Origin: Candidatus Eiseniibacteriota bacterium
GTDB lineage: Bacteria > Eisenbacteria > RBG-16-71-46 > DASYSL01
Direction of reading: 5' to 3'
Length of the DNA stretch: 64,000 nucleotides
NCBI GenBank assembly: GCA_046598045.1
Contig: JBKJJJ010000215.1
Span: forward strand, 62,645 to 126,644
Position numbers and translations under genes: made by a program. Shown one piece after another: positions 9,518 to 18,395 of this stretch. The notes beneath the pieces were generated by a model that saw only the letters and a list, made by a program, of their open reading frames with translations, did no database searches and had not been told where the DNA came from. Within the stretch, counting starts at the first letter, position 1. The number at the start of each line of letters is the position of its first letter.

Positions 9518-11028
9518 TGTGGCTCCTCGCGCGCCGCAACCTCGCCGTCCGGCCCGGACGGACCGCGCTGTTCCTGCTCGGCTTCGCGCTCGCGGTGGGC
9601 GTGATGATCGCGCTCCTGTCGGTCGGCGAGGCGATCGTCGAGCAGGCGCGCGACAAGGACCTCGTCGGCGGCGGGGACATCGTGCTCGTGCCGCAGGGCA
9701 CCGACGTCGACGTGCTCAAGCTCGGCGGCGTGACCGCGATGTTCTCGACCGTGCCGAACGCACGTTTTCTGTACCGCCAGTTGCTGCGCGGCCCGCGCTT
9801 CGTGCGCGACGTCGAAGCCGCCGCGCCGACCTGGGCCGGACGCCCGGTCTACCTGCGCGCGCGCGGCAGGGTGATCCAATCCCTCGCGAGCGCCGAGGTC
9901 CCCGCGCTCACGCGCGCGCTCCGGGGCAAGTCCCGGCTGCCGAAGGAATGGCGCGACAGCCCCGGGGAGACGGCATTCGCGCGCCTCGAAGGTCCCGAGC
10001 TCTACGCCGAGATGGATCACTGGCACCGGCCTCCGGCCGCGGCCAGGGAGGCCGGGCACTGGGCCGAGTGGTACTACTTCAACCTCGCCGATCCGGTGAC
10101 CGGCGCGTATGCGTATCTCTCGTTCTTCGTCGCCGGCGACCCGTGGAGCGGCCGCGCGCTCGGCAGCCTGTCGCTGCAGCTCGGCGGCCGCGGCCGGCCG
10201 CCCCGGCGCTACGTGTGCGCGGTCCCGATCGACTCGAGCGCGGTTCCGCTCGACGGCGTGGGCGCGCGCCTCGGCCCCGCGACGGTCACGTTCGAGGACG
10301 GGCGATACCGACTGCGCGCGCGCTTCAGCGACCTGCTCGGCGGGGGACCGGTCGACGTCGACCTCACGGTGACGCCCGCGCCGCGCGCCTACTACCCGCC
10401 GATCACGATCGCCGGCGCGGACGGCTTCGAGTCGGGCTACGTCGTGCCTGCCGCGATCGCACGGGGCGACGGCACGGTGAGCGTCTCCGGCACGCGCGTC
10501 GTGTTCGCCGGCGTGCCCGCGTACCACGACCACAACTGGGGCGTGTGGAAGAGCACGCGTTGGGACTGGGGCCAGGTCCAGAGCACGGACCGTGCGTTCG
10601 CCCTGGTCTACGGCGCCGTGCACGCGCCCGAGCTCGAGCGCGCCGGCAACAGCGGACGCCGCTTCGTACTGGTGACCGCGCACGACGGCTTCCTCGGCTT
10701 CCTCGAGCCGCGCGCGTTCGTGTACTCGGGCTGGCGCCCCGGCCCGCGCGTCGGCGCGACCCAGGTGGCGGCCCCCTCCGAGATCCGCTTCGACGCGGTG
10801 AGCGAGGACGATTCACTCACGGTGCGCTTTCGCGTGGAGGACGTGGTCGCCTCGCGGCCACCGGGCGACGCGGGCGAGCCGGTCGCCATGCGGCTCGGGG
10901 CGGGGCGGGCGTTCCTGCAGATGCGCGGCACGTACGAGGTGCGGGGGAGGGTGGGCGGTCGCGCGGTCGCATTCGACGCGCCGGGCGCGGCGGAGACGTT
11001 CGTCGAGCTCGACCGACATCCTGATTGA
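9517..11028 (+). CDS. ABC permease N-terminal segment fused to a CrtC/AttH-like lipocalin-fold domain
   Basis: N-term LARRNLAVRPGRTALFLLGFALAVGVMIALLS; later WAEWYYFN, YHDHNWG and WDWGQV motifs of the AttH/tocopherol cyclase-like fold. Confidence 0.72.
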   Translation: MWLLARRNLAVRPGRTALFLLGFALAVGVMIALLSVGEAIVEQARDKDLVGGGDIVLVPQGTDVDVLKLGGVTAMFSTVPNARFLYRQLLRGPRFVRDVEAAAPTWAGRPVYLRARGRVIQSLASAEVPALTRALRGKSRLPKEWRDSPGETAFARLEGPELYAEMDHWHRPPAAAREAGHWAEWYYFNLADPVTGAYAYLSFFVAGDPWSGRALGSLSLQLGGRGRPPRRYVCAVPIDSSAVPLDGVGARLGPATVTFEDGRYRLRARFSDLLGGGPVDVDLTVTPAPRAYYPPITIAGADGFESGYVVPAAIARGDGTVSVSGTRVVFAGVPAYHDHNWGVWKSTRWDWGQVQSTDRAFALVYGAVHAPELERAGNSGRRFVLVTAHDGFLGFLEPRAFVYSGWRPGPRVGATQVAAPSEIRFDAVSEDDSLTVRFRVEDVVASRPPGDAGEPVAMRLGAGRAFLQMRGTYEVRGRVGGRAVAFDAPGAAETFVELDRHPD

Positions 11029-11116
11029 CGAATGACCGGGAGTGGCGCGAGGCTCCCGGTGCTCGCCGCACGCGGCCGCGAAGTGTGAAACCGGATTCCA
11101 CCCGAGGAGGTCGTTC

Positions 11117-11725
11117 GTGATCACGGTTGCTCCCATCCAGCTCGAGGGCCATGGCGTGCGCCTCGAGCCCCTGACCGTCGAGCACTCCGAGGGCCTTGCC
11201 GCCGCGGCGTCCGACGGTCACCTGTGGGAACTCTGGTACACCTCGGTGCCGGCGCCGGGGGAGGAGGCCGGGTACGTCGCGACCGCGCTCGAGGGGCAAC
11301 AGGCCGGTCACATGCTCCCGTGGGCCGTGCGCGACCTCGCGTCGGGCAGGATCGCGGGGACGACGCGCTACCACGACATCGTGCCGGAGATCGATCGCGT
11401 CGAGATCGGGTGGACGTGGTACGGCGCGTCGTGGCAGCGCACGCACGTCAACACCGCGTGCAAGCTGCTCCTGCTGGGCCACGCGTTCGACACGCTCGGC
11501 TGCCGGGTGGTCGGCCTGCGCACGGACAATTTCAATTTCGCGTCGCAGCGCGCGATCGCCGCGCTCGGCGCGAAGCCGGACGGCGTGCTGCGCCACCACA
11601 CCGCGCGGCGGGATGGAACGGTGCGCGACTCAGTCCTGTTCAGCATCCTGGCGGCGGAGTGGTCGGACGTGAAGCGGCACCTCGCCGTGCGGTTCGCCCG
11701 CGCGGCCGCGCGGGCGCTGCGGTAG
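11117..11725 (+). CDS. GNAT acetyltransferase, RimJ/RimL family
   Basis: GAGGAGG RBS; VRLEPL, VEIGWTW, NTACKLLLLGHAF, NFASQRAIAALGAK.DGVLR. Confidence 0.9.
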   Translation: MITVAPIQLEGHGVRLEPLTVEHSEGLAAAASDGHLWELWYTSVPAPGEEAGYVATALEGQQAGHMLPWAVRDLASGRIAGTTRYHDIVPEIDRVEIGWTWYGASWQRTHVNTACKLLLLGHAFDTLGCRVVGLRTDNFNFASQRAIAALGAKPDGVLRHHTARRDGTVRDSVLFSILAAEWSDVKRHLAVRFARAAARALR

Positions 11726-11825
11726 GTCCGCGCGCCCGCGATTGGCGCGGCCTCCGGGCCGGTCGCGGATTCCCTGAAAATCACGCTCGACAAGCGAGGT
11801 CCCTCCGGGGCATTCTGCGGAGTCT

Positions 11826-11844
11826 ATTGAGACTGAGTCTCAAT
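11826..11844. promoter_or_regulatory. Fur-box-like 19-bp operator
   Basis: Perfect 9-1-9 inverted repeat ATTGAGACT-G-AGTCTCAAT, AT-rich in a GC-rich background, 80 nt upstream of the ApbE-porin gene. Confidence 0.75.
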
Positions 11845-11923
11845 TGCAGCGCGAGCGGGGGGCGACGGCCGCCGCCCGCTCGGGTCCTCGCCACTCGGGC
11901 TCCCCGCCCGCACGGAGGTCGTC

Positions 11924-14257
11924 GTGAGATTGCGCCTCGCCTCGCTGATCGCAGTCCTTTCCCTTGCCGCACTCCCCAGGGGCGTCCCGGCCGCGGAGGC
12001 GACGAGTCCCGCGATCAACGCGCCCGCAAGCGTCACCGTCGAACGCGAGCGCGTGCTCATGGGCACGCGCTGCTCGATCGTCCTCCAGGGCGACGACGTT
12101 GCGGCGCTCGAGTCGGCGGCGACCGCCGCCTTCGAGACCATCGCCCGCCTCGAGGCGGTGGCGAGCAACTGGCGCCCGGACTCCGAGCTCGCCCGCTTCA
12201 CGCGCGCGTCCTCCGCACGCTCCGGCCGGGCGGTCCCCGTCTCTCCGGACCTGTTCGACGTGCTCGACCGCTCGACCGCGTGGTGCATTCGTACCGGCGG
12301 TGCGTTCGACGCCACGGTCGAGCCCCTGACCCGCGCGTACGACCTCCGCGGCGACGGACGCATTCCCGGCGAGGCCGAGCGCGTCGCGGCGTCGAAGCTG
12401 GTGCGCGGCGCCGACGTGATGCTCGATGCCGAAGCGAAGACGGTGTCGCTGCCCGCGCGCGGCATGGCGTTCGATCTCGGCGGCATCGCGAAGGGTTGGG
12501 CGCTCGATCGCGCCGTCGGGACGCTGCGCGCGCACGGCGTGACGCGAGCGCTGGTCAATTTCGGCGGGCAGGTCTACGCACTCGGCGCGCCCGTCGGCGC
12601 CGACGCGTGGGCGGTCGAGATCGCCTCGCCCGACGAGCGCGGGCAGGGCGTGGTGACGCTGCGGCTCAAGGATCGTTCGCTCGCGACCAGCGCGGCGTCC
12701 GAGCATGCGCTCCAGGTGGGCGGCACATCGATCAACCACATCCTCGATCCACGCACCGGACGCCCGGCGGCTTCATGGGGCTCGGCGAGCGCGATCGCGG
12801 CCACGGCGACCGATGCCGACTGCGCCTCGACCGCGCTCTACGTGATGGGTGCCGCGATGGGGCTGGCGTGGGCCAAGGGCCAGCCCGACCTCGAGGCGGT
12901 GATGCTCACGCCCGACCCGTCCGCCCCCGGCGGCGTGCGCGTGGAGCGCTCGAGCGGTCCGGTCGCCGCCTTGTTCCCCGCGGCCCCGGCGCTGGCCGCG
13001 CAGGCCGGCGATGCCGCGACCCCGGAACCGAGCAATCGCGAGCTGGCGCGCCGGCTGGACGTGCTGGCCGGCGAGGTCGACGATCTCAAGATCGGCGACG
13101 CGGCGGCGCCGCCGGTCGAGAGCCACGCCGGCCTCGGCCCTGCGGCGTCGAAGGTCTATGGCGTCAAGCGCGGCGTCTCGATCGGCGGCTACGGCGAGAT
13201 GAGATACGAGTCGTTCCGCCAGAACGCGGACGGCGGCACGCCCGCGGGCAAGAGCGCGCGCCTCGACTTCGTGCGCGCGATCACCTACGTGGGCTACAAG
13301 TTCTCGGATCACGCGCTGTTCAACTCCGAGATCGAGTTCGAGCACGCGTCGACCGAGCTCAGCGGATCGGTCTCGGTCGAGTTCGCGTACCTCGACTTCC
13401 TCGCGAAGCCGGCGCTCAACCTGCGGGCGGGCATGCTGCTCGTGCCGATGGGCTTCCTGAACGAGCTGCATGAGCCGCCCACGTTCCTGACGTCGAGCCG
13501 ACCCGAGGTCGAGCGCAACATCGTGCCGTCGACCTGGCGCGCGAATGGCGCCGGGCTCCATGGCGAGTTCGCCAATGGCCTGTCGTATCGAGCGTTCGTG
13601 ACCGAGAGCCTGCGCGGCGTCGCCGACCCGGGTGCGGGGATCGAAGGCATCACCGCCGGGAGCGGCCCCTACGAGGCGCGCCAGAACGGCTCCGAGAGCA
13701 TCTTCGACGAGGTTGCGTTCACCGGCCGGGTCGAGTGGCAGGGCGGCGGCGCGCGCTTCGGCGCATCGGCGTTCACGGGCGGCACCGCCCAGAACGCGAC
13801 CACGACGCTCGGCGAGGACTTCACCGCGCGCGCGACCATCGTCGAGGCGCATGGCGAATACAAGAACCACGGCCTGTGGGTGCGGGCGCTCGGCGCGCGC
13901 GGCATCGTCGATGAGGCCGCGCTGCTCAACGACGCGAACGGCTTCGTGGGCGACGAGTCGGTGGGTTCGAGGAACTACGGGGCGTACCTGAACGTGGGTT
14001 ACGAGCTGATGCGCCAACTCGGCAAGGGGTCGGGCCTGGCGCTCTGGCCGTTCGTCCAGTACGAGCGCTACGACACGCAGGACGAGGTGCCCGTGGGCTT
14101 CACCAAGAACCCGGCGAACGACCGCAAGTCCTGGACGTTCGGCGCCGCGTTCTACCCGGACCCGCAGATCGTGCTCAAGGCGGACTACCAGAACAACTGG
14201 ACGCCCAACGGCTCCGCCGTCGACCGCCTCGGCGTGTCGCTGGGGTACCTGTTCTGA
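11924..14257 (+). CDS. apbE: ApbE FAD:protein FMN transferase fused to an outer-membrane beta-barrel porin
   Basis: LMGT, GAFDATVEPL, FDLGGIAKGWALD, VNFGG, HILDPRTG, ADCASTAL (ApbE); then a short coiled segment and beta-barrel strands ending VSLGYLF. Confidence 0.85.
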   Translation: MRLRLASLIAVLSLAALPRGVPAAEATSPAINAPASVTVERERVLMGTRCSIVLQGDDVAALESAATAAFETIARLEAVASNWRPDSELARFTRASSARSGRAVPVSPDLFDVLDRSTAWCIRTGGAFDATVEPLTRAYDLRGDGRIPGEAERVAASKLVRGADVMLDAEAKTVSLPARGMAFDLGGIAKGWALDRAVGTLRAHGVTRALVNFGGQVYALGAPVGADAWAVEIASPDERGQGVVTLRLKDRSLATSAASEHALQVGGTSINHILDPRTGRPAASWGSASAIAATATDADCASTALYVMGAAMGLAWAKGQPDLEAVMLTPDPSAPGGVRVERSSGPVAALFPAAPALAAQAGDAATPEPSNRELARRLDVLAGEVDDLKIGDAAAPPVESHAGLGPAASKVYGVKRGVSIGGYGEMRYESFRQNADGGTPAGKSARLDFVRAITYVGYKFSDHALFNSEIEFEHASTELSGSVSVEFAYLDFLAKPALNLRAGMLLVPMGFLNELHEPPTFLTSSRPEVERNIVPSTWRANGAGLHGEFANGLSYRAFVTESLRGVADPGAGIEGITAGSGPYEARQNGSESIFDEVAFTGRVEWQGGGARFGASAFTGGTAQNATTTLGEDFTARATIVEAHGEYKNHGLWVRALGARGIVDEAALLNDANGFVGDESVGSRNYGAYLNVGYELMRQLGKGSGLALWPFVQYERYDTQDEVPVGFTKNPANDRKSWTFGAAFYPDPQIVLKADYQNNWTPNGSAVDRLGVSLGYLF

Positions 14258-14817
14258 GAGCCGCTCGCATCGCAGCCCTGCTCGCGTGCCTGCTTGCACT
14301 GCTCCCGGCGCTGGCGGGCGCGCGCATCCTGATGACGCGCGAAGCGGCACTGGCGCAGGCGTTCGGGGTCGAGGCGCGCGTCGAGGTGCGCACCGTCTAC
14401 CTCACGCCCGATCAGGTGACGCGCGTCGAGCGGGCCGCCGGCGCGAAGCTCGCGTCGCCGCGCGTGGTGGCATATCGTGGCGCGGTCGGCGATTCGCTCG
14501 TCGGCACCGCGTATCTCGACACTCACCCGGTGCGCAGCCAGATGGAGACGATCATGATCGTGGTCACGGCCGCGGGGAAGGTCGGCGCCGTCGAGGTGCT
14601 CGCGTTCAACGAGCCGAACGATTATCTGCCGCCGCCGCGCTGGCTCGAGCGCTTCGACGGGCGTGCATTGTCGAAGGACCTCAAGCCCGGGCTCGCGGTG
14701 CCCAGCCTCGCCGGCGCGACGCTGACGGCGCGCGCGGTGTCCGCCGCGGTGCGGCGCACGCTCGCACTGCACGCGGTGCTCGCGCAACTCGCGCCCGCCG
14801 CGGCGGGGGTCCGATGA
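14254..14817 (+). CDS. Extracytosolic FMN-binding (flavinylated) protein
   Basis: EVLAFNEP..Y, SLAGATLTARAV (flavinylation motif variant). An in-frame signal peptide lies upstream of the ATG at 14332, implying a CTG start overlapping the upstream TGA. Confidence 0.8.
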   Translation: MRAARIAALLACLLALLPALAGARILMTREAALAQAFGVEARVEVRTVYLTPDQVTRVERAAGAKLASPRVVAYRGAVGDSLVGTAYLDTHPVRSQMETIMIVVTAAGKVGAVEVLAFNEPNDYLPPPRWLERFDGRALSKDLKPGLAVPSLAGATLTARAVSAAVRRTLALHAVLAQLAPAAAGVR

Positions 14818-15350
14818 AGTACCTGCAGTCGGGGGGGTTCCGCAACCATCCGCTGATGCGGCTCACGCTCGGCTGCACGCTCTTGCTGCTGGCCGGGCTG
14901 TGGGTCACGACCGCGCTCATGTACTTCAAGAACATGACCCTCGATCCGCGAACGGTGATCGCCTACTACCGCGGTGACGAGGCGCGCTTTCTCGAGCCGC
15001 GCACCTACGGATCGATGCTCGAGGTCACGCACATGCACCTGCCGATGATGGCGCTCGTGCTGCTCCTGCTGACGCACCTCGCGATCTTCCTGCCGTGGTC
15101 CCAGCGGGCGCGCGCCTGGCTCATTGTGAGTACGTTCATGTTCGCGCTGGTGGGCGAGGCAGCCGGGTGGCTGGTGCGGTTCGTCAGCCCGGGGTTCGCG
15201 CCGCTGAAAGTGGCGTGTTTCCTTGGTCTCGAGGCCACGCTCGGGGGACTCCTGGTTGGGCTTGCGCTCTACCTGGCCTCCGCCGATCGGCCGGGCGCGC
15301 GGGCGCGGACGGCGGGAACCGCGATGCAGGGCGAGGAGTACGGCGAGTAG
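14814..15350 (+). CDS. Four-TM membrane protein with His residues in hydrophobic segments
   Basis: ATGA overlap; hydrophobic helices; EVTHMHL and LLTHL. Confidence 0.75.
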   Translation: MKYLQSGGFRNHPLMRLTLGCTLLLLAGLWVTTALMYFKNMTLDPRTVIAYYRGDEARFLEPRTYGSMLEVTHMHLPMMALVLLLLTHLAIFLPWSQRARAWLIVSTFMFALVGEAAGWLVRFVSPGFAPLKVACFLGLEATLGGLLVGLALYLASADRPGARARTAGTAMQGEEYGE

Positions 15351-15512
15351 GGAAGAAGCGGCCGGAATCCCCTGCACAAAACCGCGGGTTTCCGGGCGAA
15401 TTGATCGGGGACCGGTCCGGGGGTCGCGGCGCCGGGGCCGAATTTCGGGGGACGGGGAGCCGGTGAGTTGTAAACTCCTTGACCCCTCCCGAACGCGGGT
15501 TCAAACTCGTTT

Positions 15513-15621
15513 TGCTTGGAGCTCAACCCGAATTTTTCGACGAGCCGGGGAGCAACGTTGCGTAGCGCGGTCTGACTTGGGACCTCCGGCCGCATGCGCT
15601 CGTTCTCCCCGGCCTCTTTTG
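15513..15621 (+). ncRNA. Candidate small RNA (long hairpin plus U-tract)
   Basis: TTGACC-N17-CAAACT promoter-like site (15479-15507); stem GCCGGGGAG(15544-52)/CTCCCCGGC(15605-13) with inner helices, followed by CTCTTTT; lies between convergent genes. Confidence 0.45.
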
Positions 15622-15646
15622 TATCCGGGGGTGCTGGACGAGCGCC

Positions 15647-16336
15647 TCAGCGCAGCGCGGGTGGCCCGAACAACCCCGGGTGCCGCGCGATCAATCGCCG
15701 CATCGCGCCGCGAAAATTCGCCCGCTGACCGGTCCCCGGGTGCGGGATTCGCTCGCTCACCAACAGCCTCGGCCCGAATCCCCAACGCGTCAGCATCGGC
15801 TCCAGCAGGTCGCGCACCGTCGCCTTGACGAGCACGATGTGCTCGGGCTCGAGCGCGCGCAGCTCGCGCCACAGCCAGTGTTCCGCGCAACGCGCGACTG
15901 CGGTCTTGCGCGCGTCGTCGTCCGCCACGCCGTTGACCGCGCACTTCGCCGCGTCCACCAGCCACAATCCGCGCGCGCGCAATTCCTCGATCAGCTCGGG
16001 TTTCGCCTGACCGCGCGCCCGGAACGCGGTGGCGTAGGTCCACCCGCGCGCCTCGGGAAGCGCAAGCACCTCGGCGAGCGCCCAGAACAGCGTCGAGGCG
16101 TCCTCGCCCGGCAGTTTCTCCTGCGGCAGGTAGAAGTAGGACCAGCGCCCGCGCCGGTTGACCTTGGGCGGCGACTCGGCGACGAACAGGACGCGCACAT
16201 GCTCCGGGCGCGCCGCCTCGGACATCCGCCAGAACGTTTCGCGGCGGGGATCGGGTGCCACCCCCAACTCGGCGCAGCGCGTGCACGCCGCGTACTGCTC
16301 GGCGATCGAGCGCAGCGTAGCGCCGGGATCGCTCAC
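15647..16336 (-). CDS. Uracil-DNA glycosylase-like family protein
   Basis: CTRC, VRVLFVAESPP, WLVDAAKC, IPHPG motifs resembling the UDG superfamily; GTG start at 16336. Confidence 0.65.
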   Translation of the reverse strand: MSDPGATLRSIAEQYAACTRCAELGVAPDPRRETFWRMSEAARPEHVRVLFVAESPPKVNRRGRWSYFYLPQEKLPGEDASTLFWALAEVLALPEARGWTYATAFRARGQAKPELIEELRARGLWLVDAAKCAVNGVADDDARKTAVARCAEHWLWRELRALEPEHIVLVKATVRDLLEPMLTRWGFGPRLLVSERIPHPGTGQRANFRGAMRRLIARHPGLFGPPALR

Positions 16337-16343
16337 GGGTGCG

Positions 16344-16703
16344 TCAGTAGCGTCGGAGGCTGGGGTCGATCTGCCGGGACCACCCCTCGATCCCGCCCGC
16401 GAGACTGCGCGCGCGCGGGAATCCGTGCGCGCGCAGGAACAGCGCGGCGTGGTGCGAGCGCACGCCATGGTGGCAGTAGGCGACGACGTCGGCGGTGGGA
16501 TCGAGTGCGGCCGTCAGTTCGCCGAGTCGCGCCGCGAGCTCGGACAGCGGCACGAGCCGGCTCGGCTCGAGACGGACGTACGCATGCTCCTCCGGCTGGC
16601 GCACGTCGAGCAGCACGGGCGCGCCGGAGGCCCCGGCGAGGCGTGCCGCCAGGTCCGCGGGCGTGATCTCGATCGGCGGCGCCACGCCCGCGGGATCGCT
16701 CAT
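16344..16703 (-). CDS. Rhodanese-like domain protein
   Basis: LLDVRQPEEH, VAYCHHGVRS, SLAGGIEGWSRQIDPSLRRY. Confidence 0.92.
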   Translation of the reverse strand: MSDPAGVAPPIEITPADLAARLAGASGAPVLLDVRQPEEHAYVRLEPSRLVPLSELAARLGELTAALDPTADVVAYCHHGVRSHHAALFLRAHGFPRARSLAGGIEGWSRQIDPSLRRY

Positions 16704-16822
16704 GGTCTCACTGGCCGAGCGCGGTCGGGGCGATACGGTTCATCGGGTCCTCCCTGGAAAGGGACACGTGGCGAGCCGCCGGGGACGGTAGGGCTCCGCG
16801 TCCCCGGCCGCAACCCGCGATC

Positions 16823-16851
16823 TTGACGAGTGCACAAATGTGCAGTATCGT
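16823..16851 (+). promoter_or_regulatory. Sigma70-type promoter with a palindromic putative LexA box in the spacer
   Basis: TTGACG-N17-TATCGT; the spacer contains TGCAC-AAAT-GTGCA (16831-16844). Confidence 0.8.
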
Positions 16852-16903
16852 CGGCCCGTTCCCCCCGGCGCACCCATCAAGCTTCGAAGCCATCGGAGAT
16901 CGC

Positions 16904-17158
16904 ATGCGCGTCGAGAAGTTGGACGAGCCCGTCCGCGTGCGCGCGGACTTTGCCGGGGGGCAGGCCACCCCGGTCGTGTTTCGGCGGGGCACCCAGAGTC
17001 ACCGCATCGCGCGCGTCAACGCGCGCTGGGAGGACCGCGTCGGCCGGCAGCCGCTCTATTATTTCGCGTGCTCGGTCGACTCGGGGGACGTCTACGAGCT
17101 GTGCCTCAACGCGCACGAGCTGACCTGGCGCCTGACGTCGGTGATGCTCGATGGCTGA
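16904..17158 (+). CDS. Small mutagenesis-cassette protein (DUF6504-like)
   Basis: GGAG RBS; PVVFRRG...RW.D...YF....GDVYEL.......WRL pattern; overlaps the dinB start. Confidence 0.7.
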   Translation: MRVEKLDEPVRVRADFAGGQATPVVFRRGTQSHRIARVNARWEDRVGRQPLYYFACSVDSGDVYELCLNAHELTWRLTSVMLDG

Positions 17159-18395
17159 TCTCGCCGCTCCACCCGTACCCGATCCTCACGCCACGCCCGT
17201 GCTCCACCTCGACATCGACGCGTTCTTCGCGTCGGTCGAGCAGGCGCGCGACCCACGGCTGCGCGGCCAGCCGGTGGTCGTGGGCAACGGCGTGATCGCG
17301 TCGTGCTCGTACGAGGCGCGGCGCTTCGGGCTCAAGGCCGGCATGTCGCTCACCGAGGCGCGGCAGCGCTGCCCCGCGGTCGTGATCCTCGACGGGCACC
17401 AGCCCACGTACCGCGCGTTCGCCGACCGGGTGTGGGCGCTGCTCGCCCGGGTCACGCCCGACCTCGACGTCGCGCTCGACGAGGCGTACGGCGACCTCGC
17501 CGGCACCGAGCGCCTGCACGGCGACCTCGTCGCGCGCGCCCGCGTGCTGCAGCAGGAGATCGCCGAGGCGACCGGTGGCGTCACGGTGACGATCGGCCTC
17601 GGGCCGAACCGCATGCTCGCGAAGCTCGTGGGCAAGACCGCGAAGCCGCGCGGCGTGGCGCGCGTGACCGCGGCCGGGGCCGACGCGTTCCTGCTCGATC
17701 GGCCCGCGCGCGACGTGCCCGGCATCGGGCACGTGCACGGCGAGCGCCTGGCCGGGCTCAACGTGCGTACGGTCGCCGACCTGCGGCGCCTGCCGGTCGA
17801 GGCGCTGAGCGCGCTGTTCGGCGCGATCGGGCCGCTGCTCTACGAGCGTGCGCGCGGGCGCGACACGCGCGCCCTGTCGGCGCGCGAGATCCCGGCGTCG
17901 ATCTCGCGCGAGACCGCGTTCCACCGGCCCACTGCCGACCCGAAGGACCTGGACGCGATGCTCTGGTACCTCGCCGAGCGCGCGTGCCGCGCCGCGCGGG
18001 CGCTCGGTCTCAAGCCGCGCACGATCGGCGTCAAGCTGCGCTACGCGGACGGGGCCGCGGTCGAGGCGCAGAAGACGCCGCCGCTGCCGACCGCACTCGA
18101 CCCCGAGGTGCACGCGCTGACGCGCGCGCTGCTCGAGCGGCTGTTCACGCGCCGCGTGCGGCTGACTCATGTCGGCGTCGCGCTGTCGCGTTTCGTGGCG
18201 CTCGACGCCGCACAGCTCGACCTGCTCGCGCCGGCGGGGCAGGCGCGCGCGCACAGCCTGATCGAGGGCCTGGACGCGGTGCGCGACCGCTACGGGCACG
18301 GGTCGCTGGTGTCGGGCAGCGCGCTCCACATGCTCGGCGCGTTGCCGCAGGACCGCCATGGCTTCGTCCTGCGGACGCCCTCGCTGACCAAATGA
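17151..18395 (+). CDS. dinB: Y-family DNA polymerase IV
   Basis: LHLDIDAFFASVEQ, SCSYEARRFG, LDEAY, GLGPNRMLAKL, QLDL clamp-binding motif. Confidence 0.92.
   Translation: MADLAAPPVPDPHATPVLHLDIDAFFASVEQARDPRLRGQPVVVGNGVIASCSYEARRFGLKAGMSLTEARQRCPAVVILDGHQPTYRAFADRVWALLARVTPDLDVALDEAYGDLAGTERLHGDLVARARVLQQEIAEATGGVTVTIGLGPNRMLAKLVGKTAKPRGVARVTAAGADAFLLDRPARDVPGIGHVHGERLAGLNVRTVADLRRLPVEALSALFGAIGPLLYERARGRDTRALSAREIPASISRETAFHRPTADPKDLDAMLWYLAERACRAARALGLKPRTIGVKLRYADGAAVEAQKTPPLPTALDPEVHALTRALLERLFTRRVRLTHVGVALSRFVALDAAQLDLLAPAGQARAHSLIEGLDAVRDRYGHGSLVSGSALHMLGALPQDRHGFVLRTPSLTK

Noticed and set aside
16324..16703. Identical short sequence GGGATCGCTCA at the starts of the rhodanese and UDG-like genes
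   Set aside because: Only about 11 bp encoding (M/V)SDP in GC-rich DNA; likely chance
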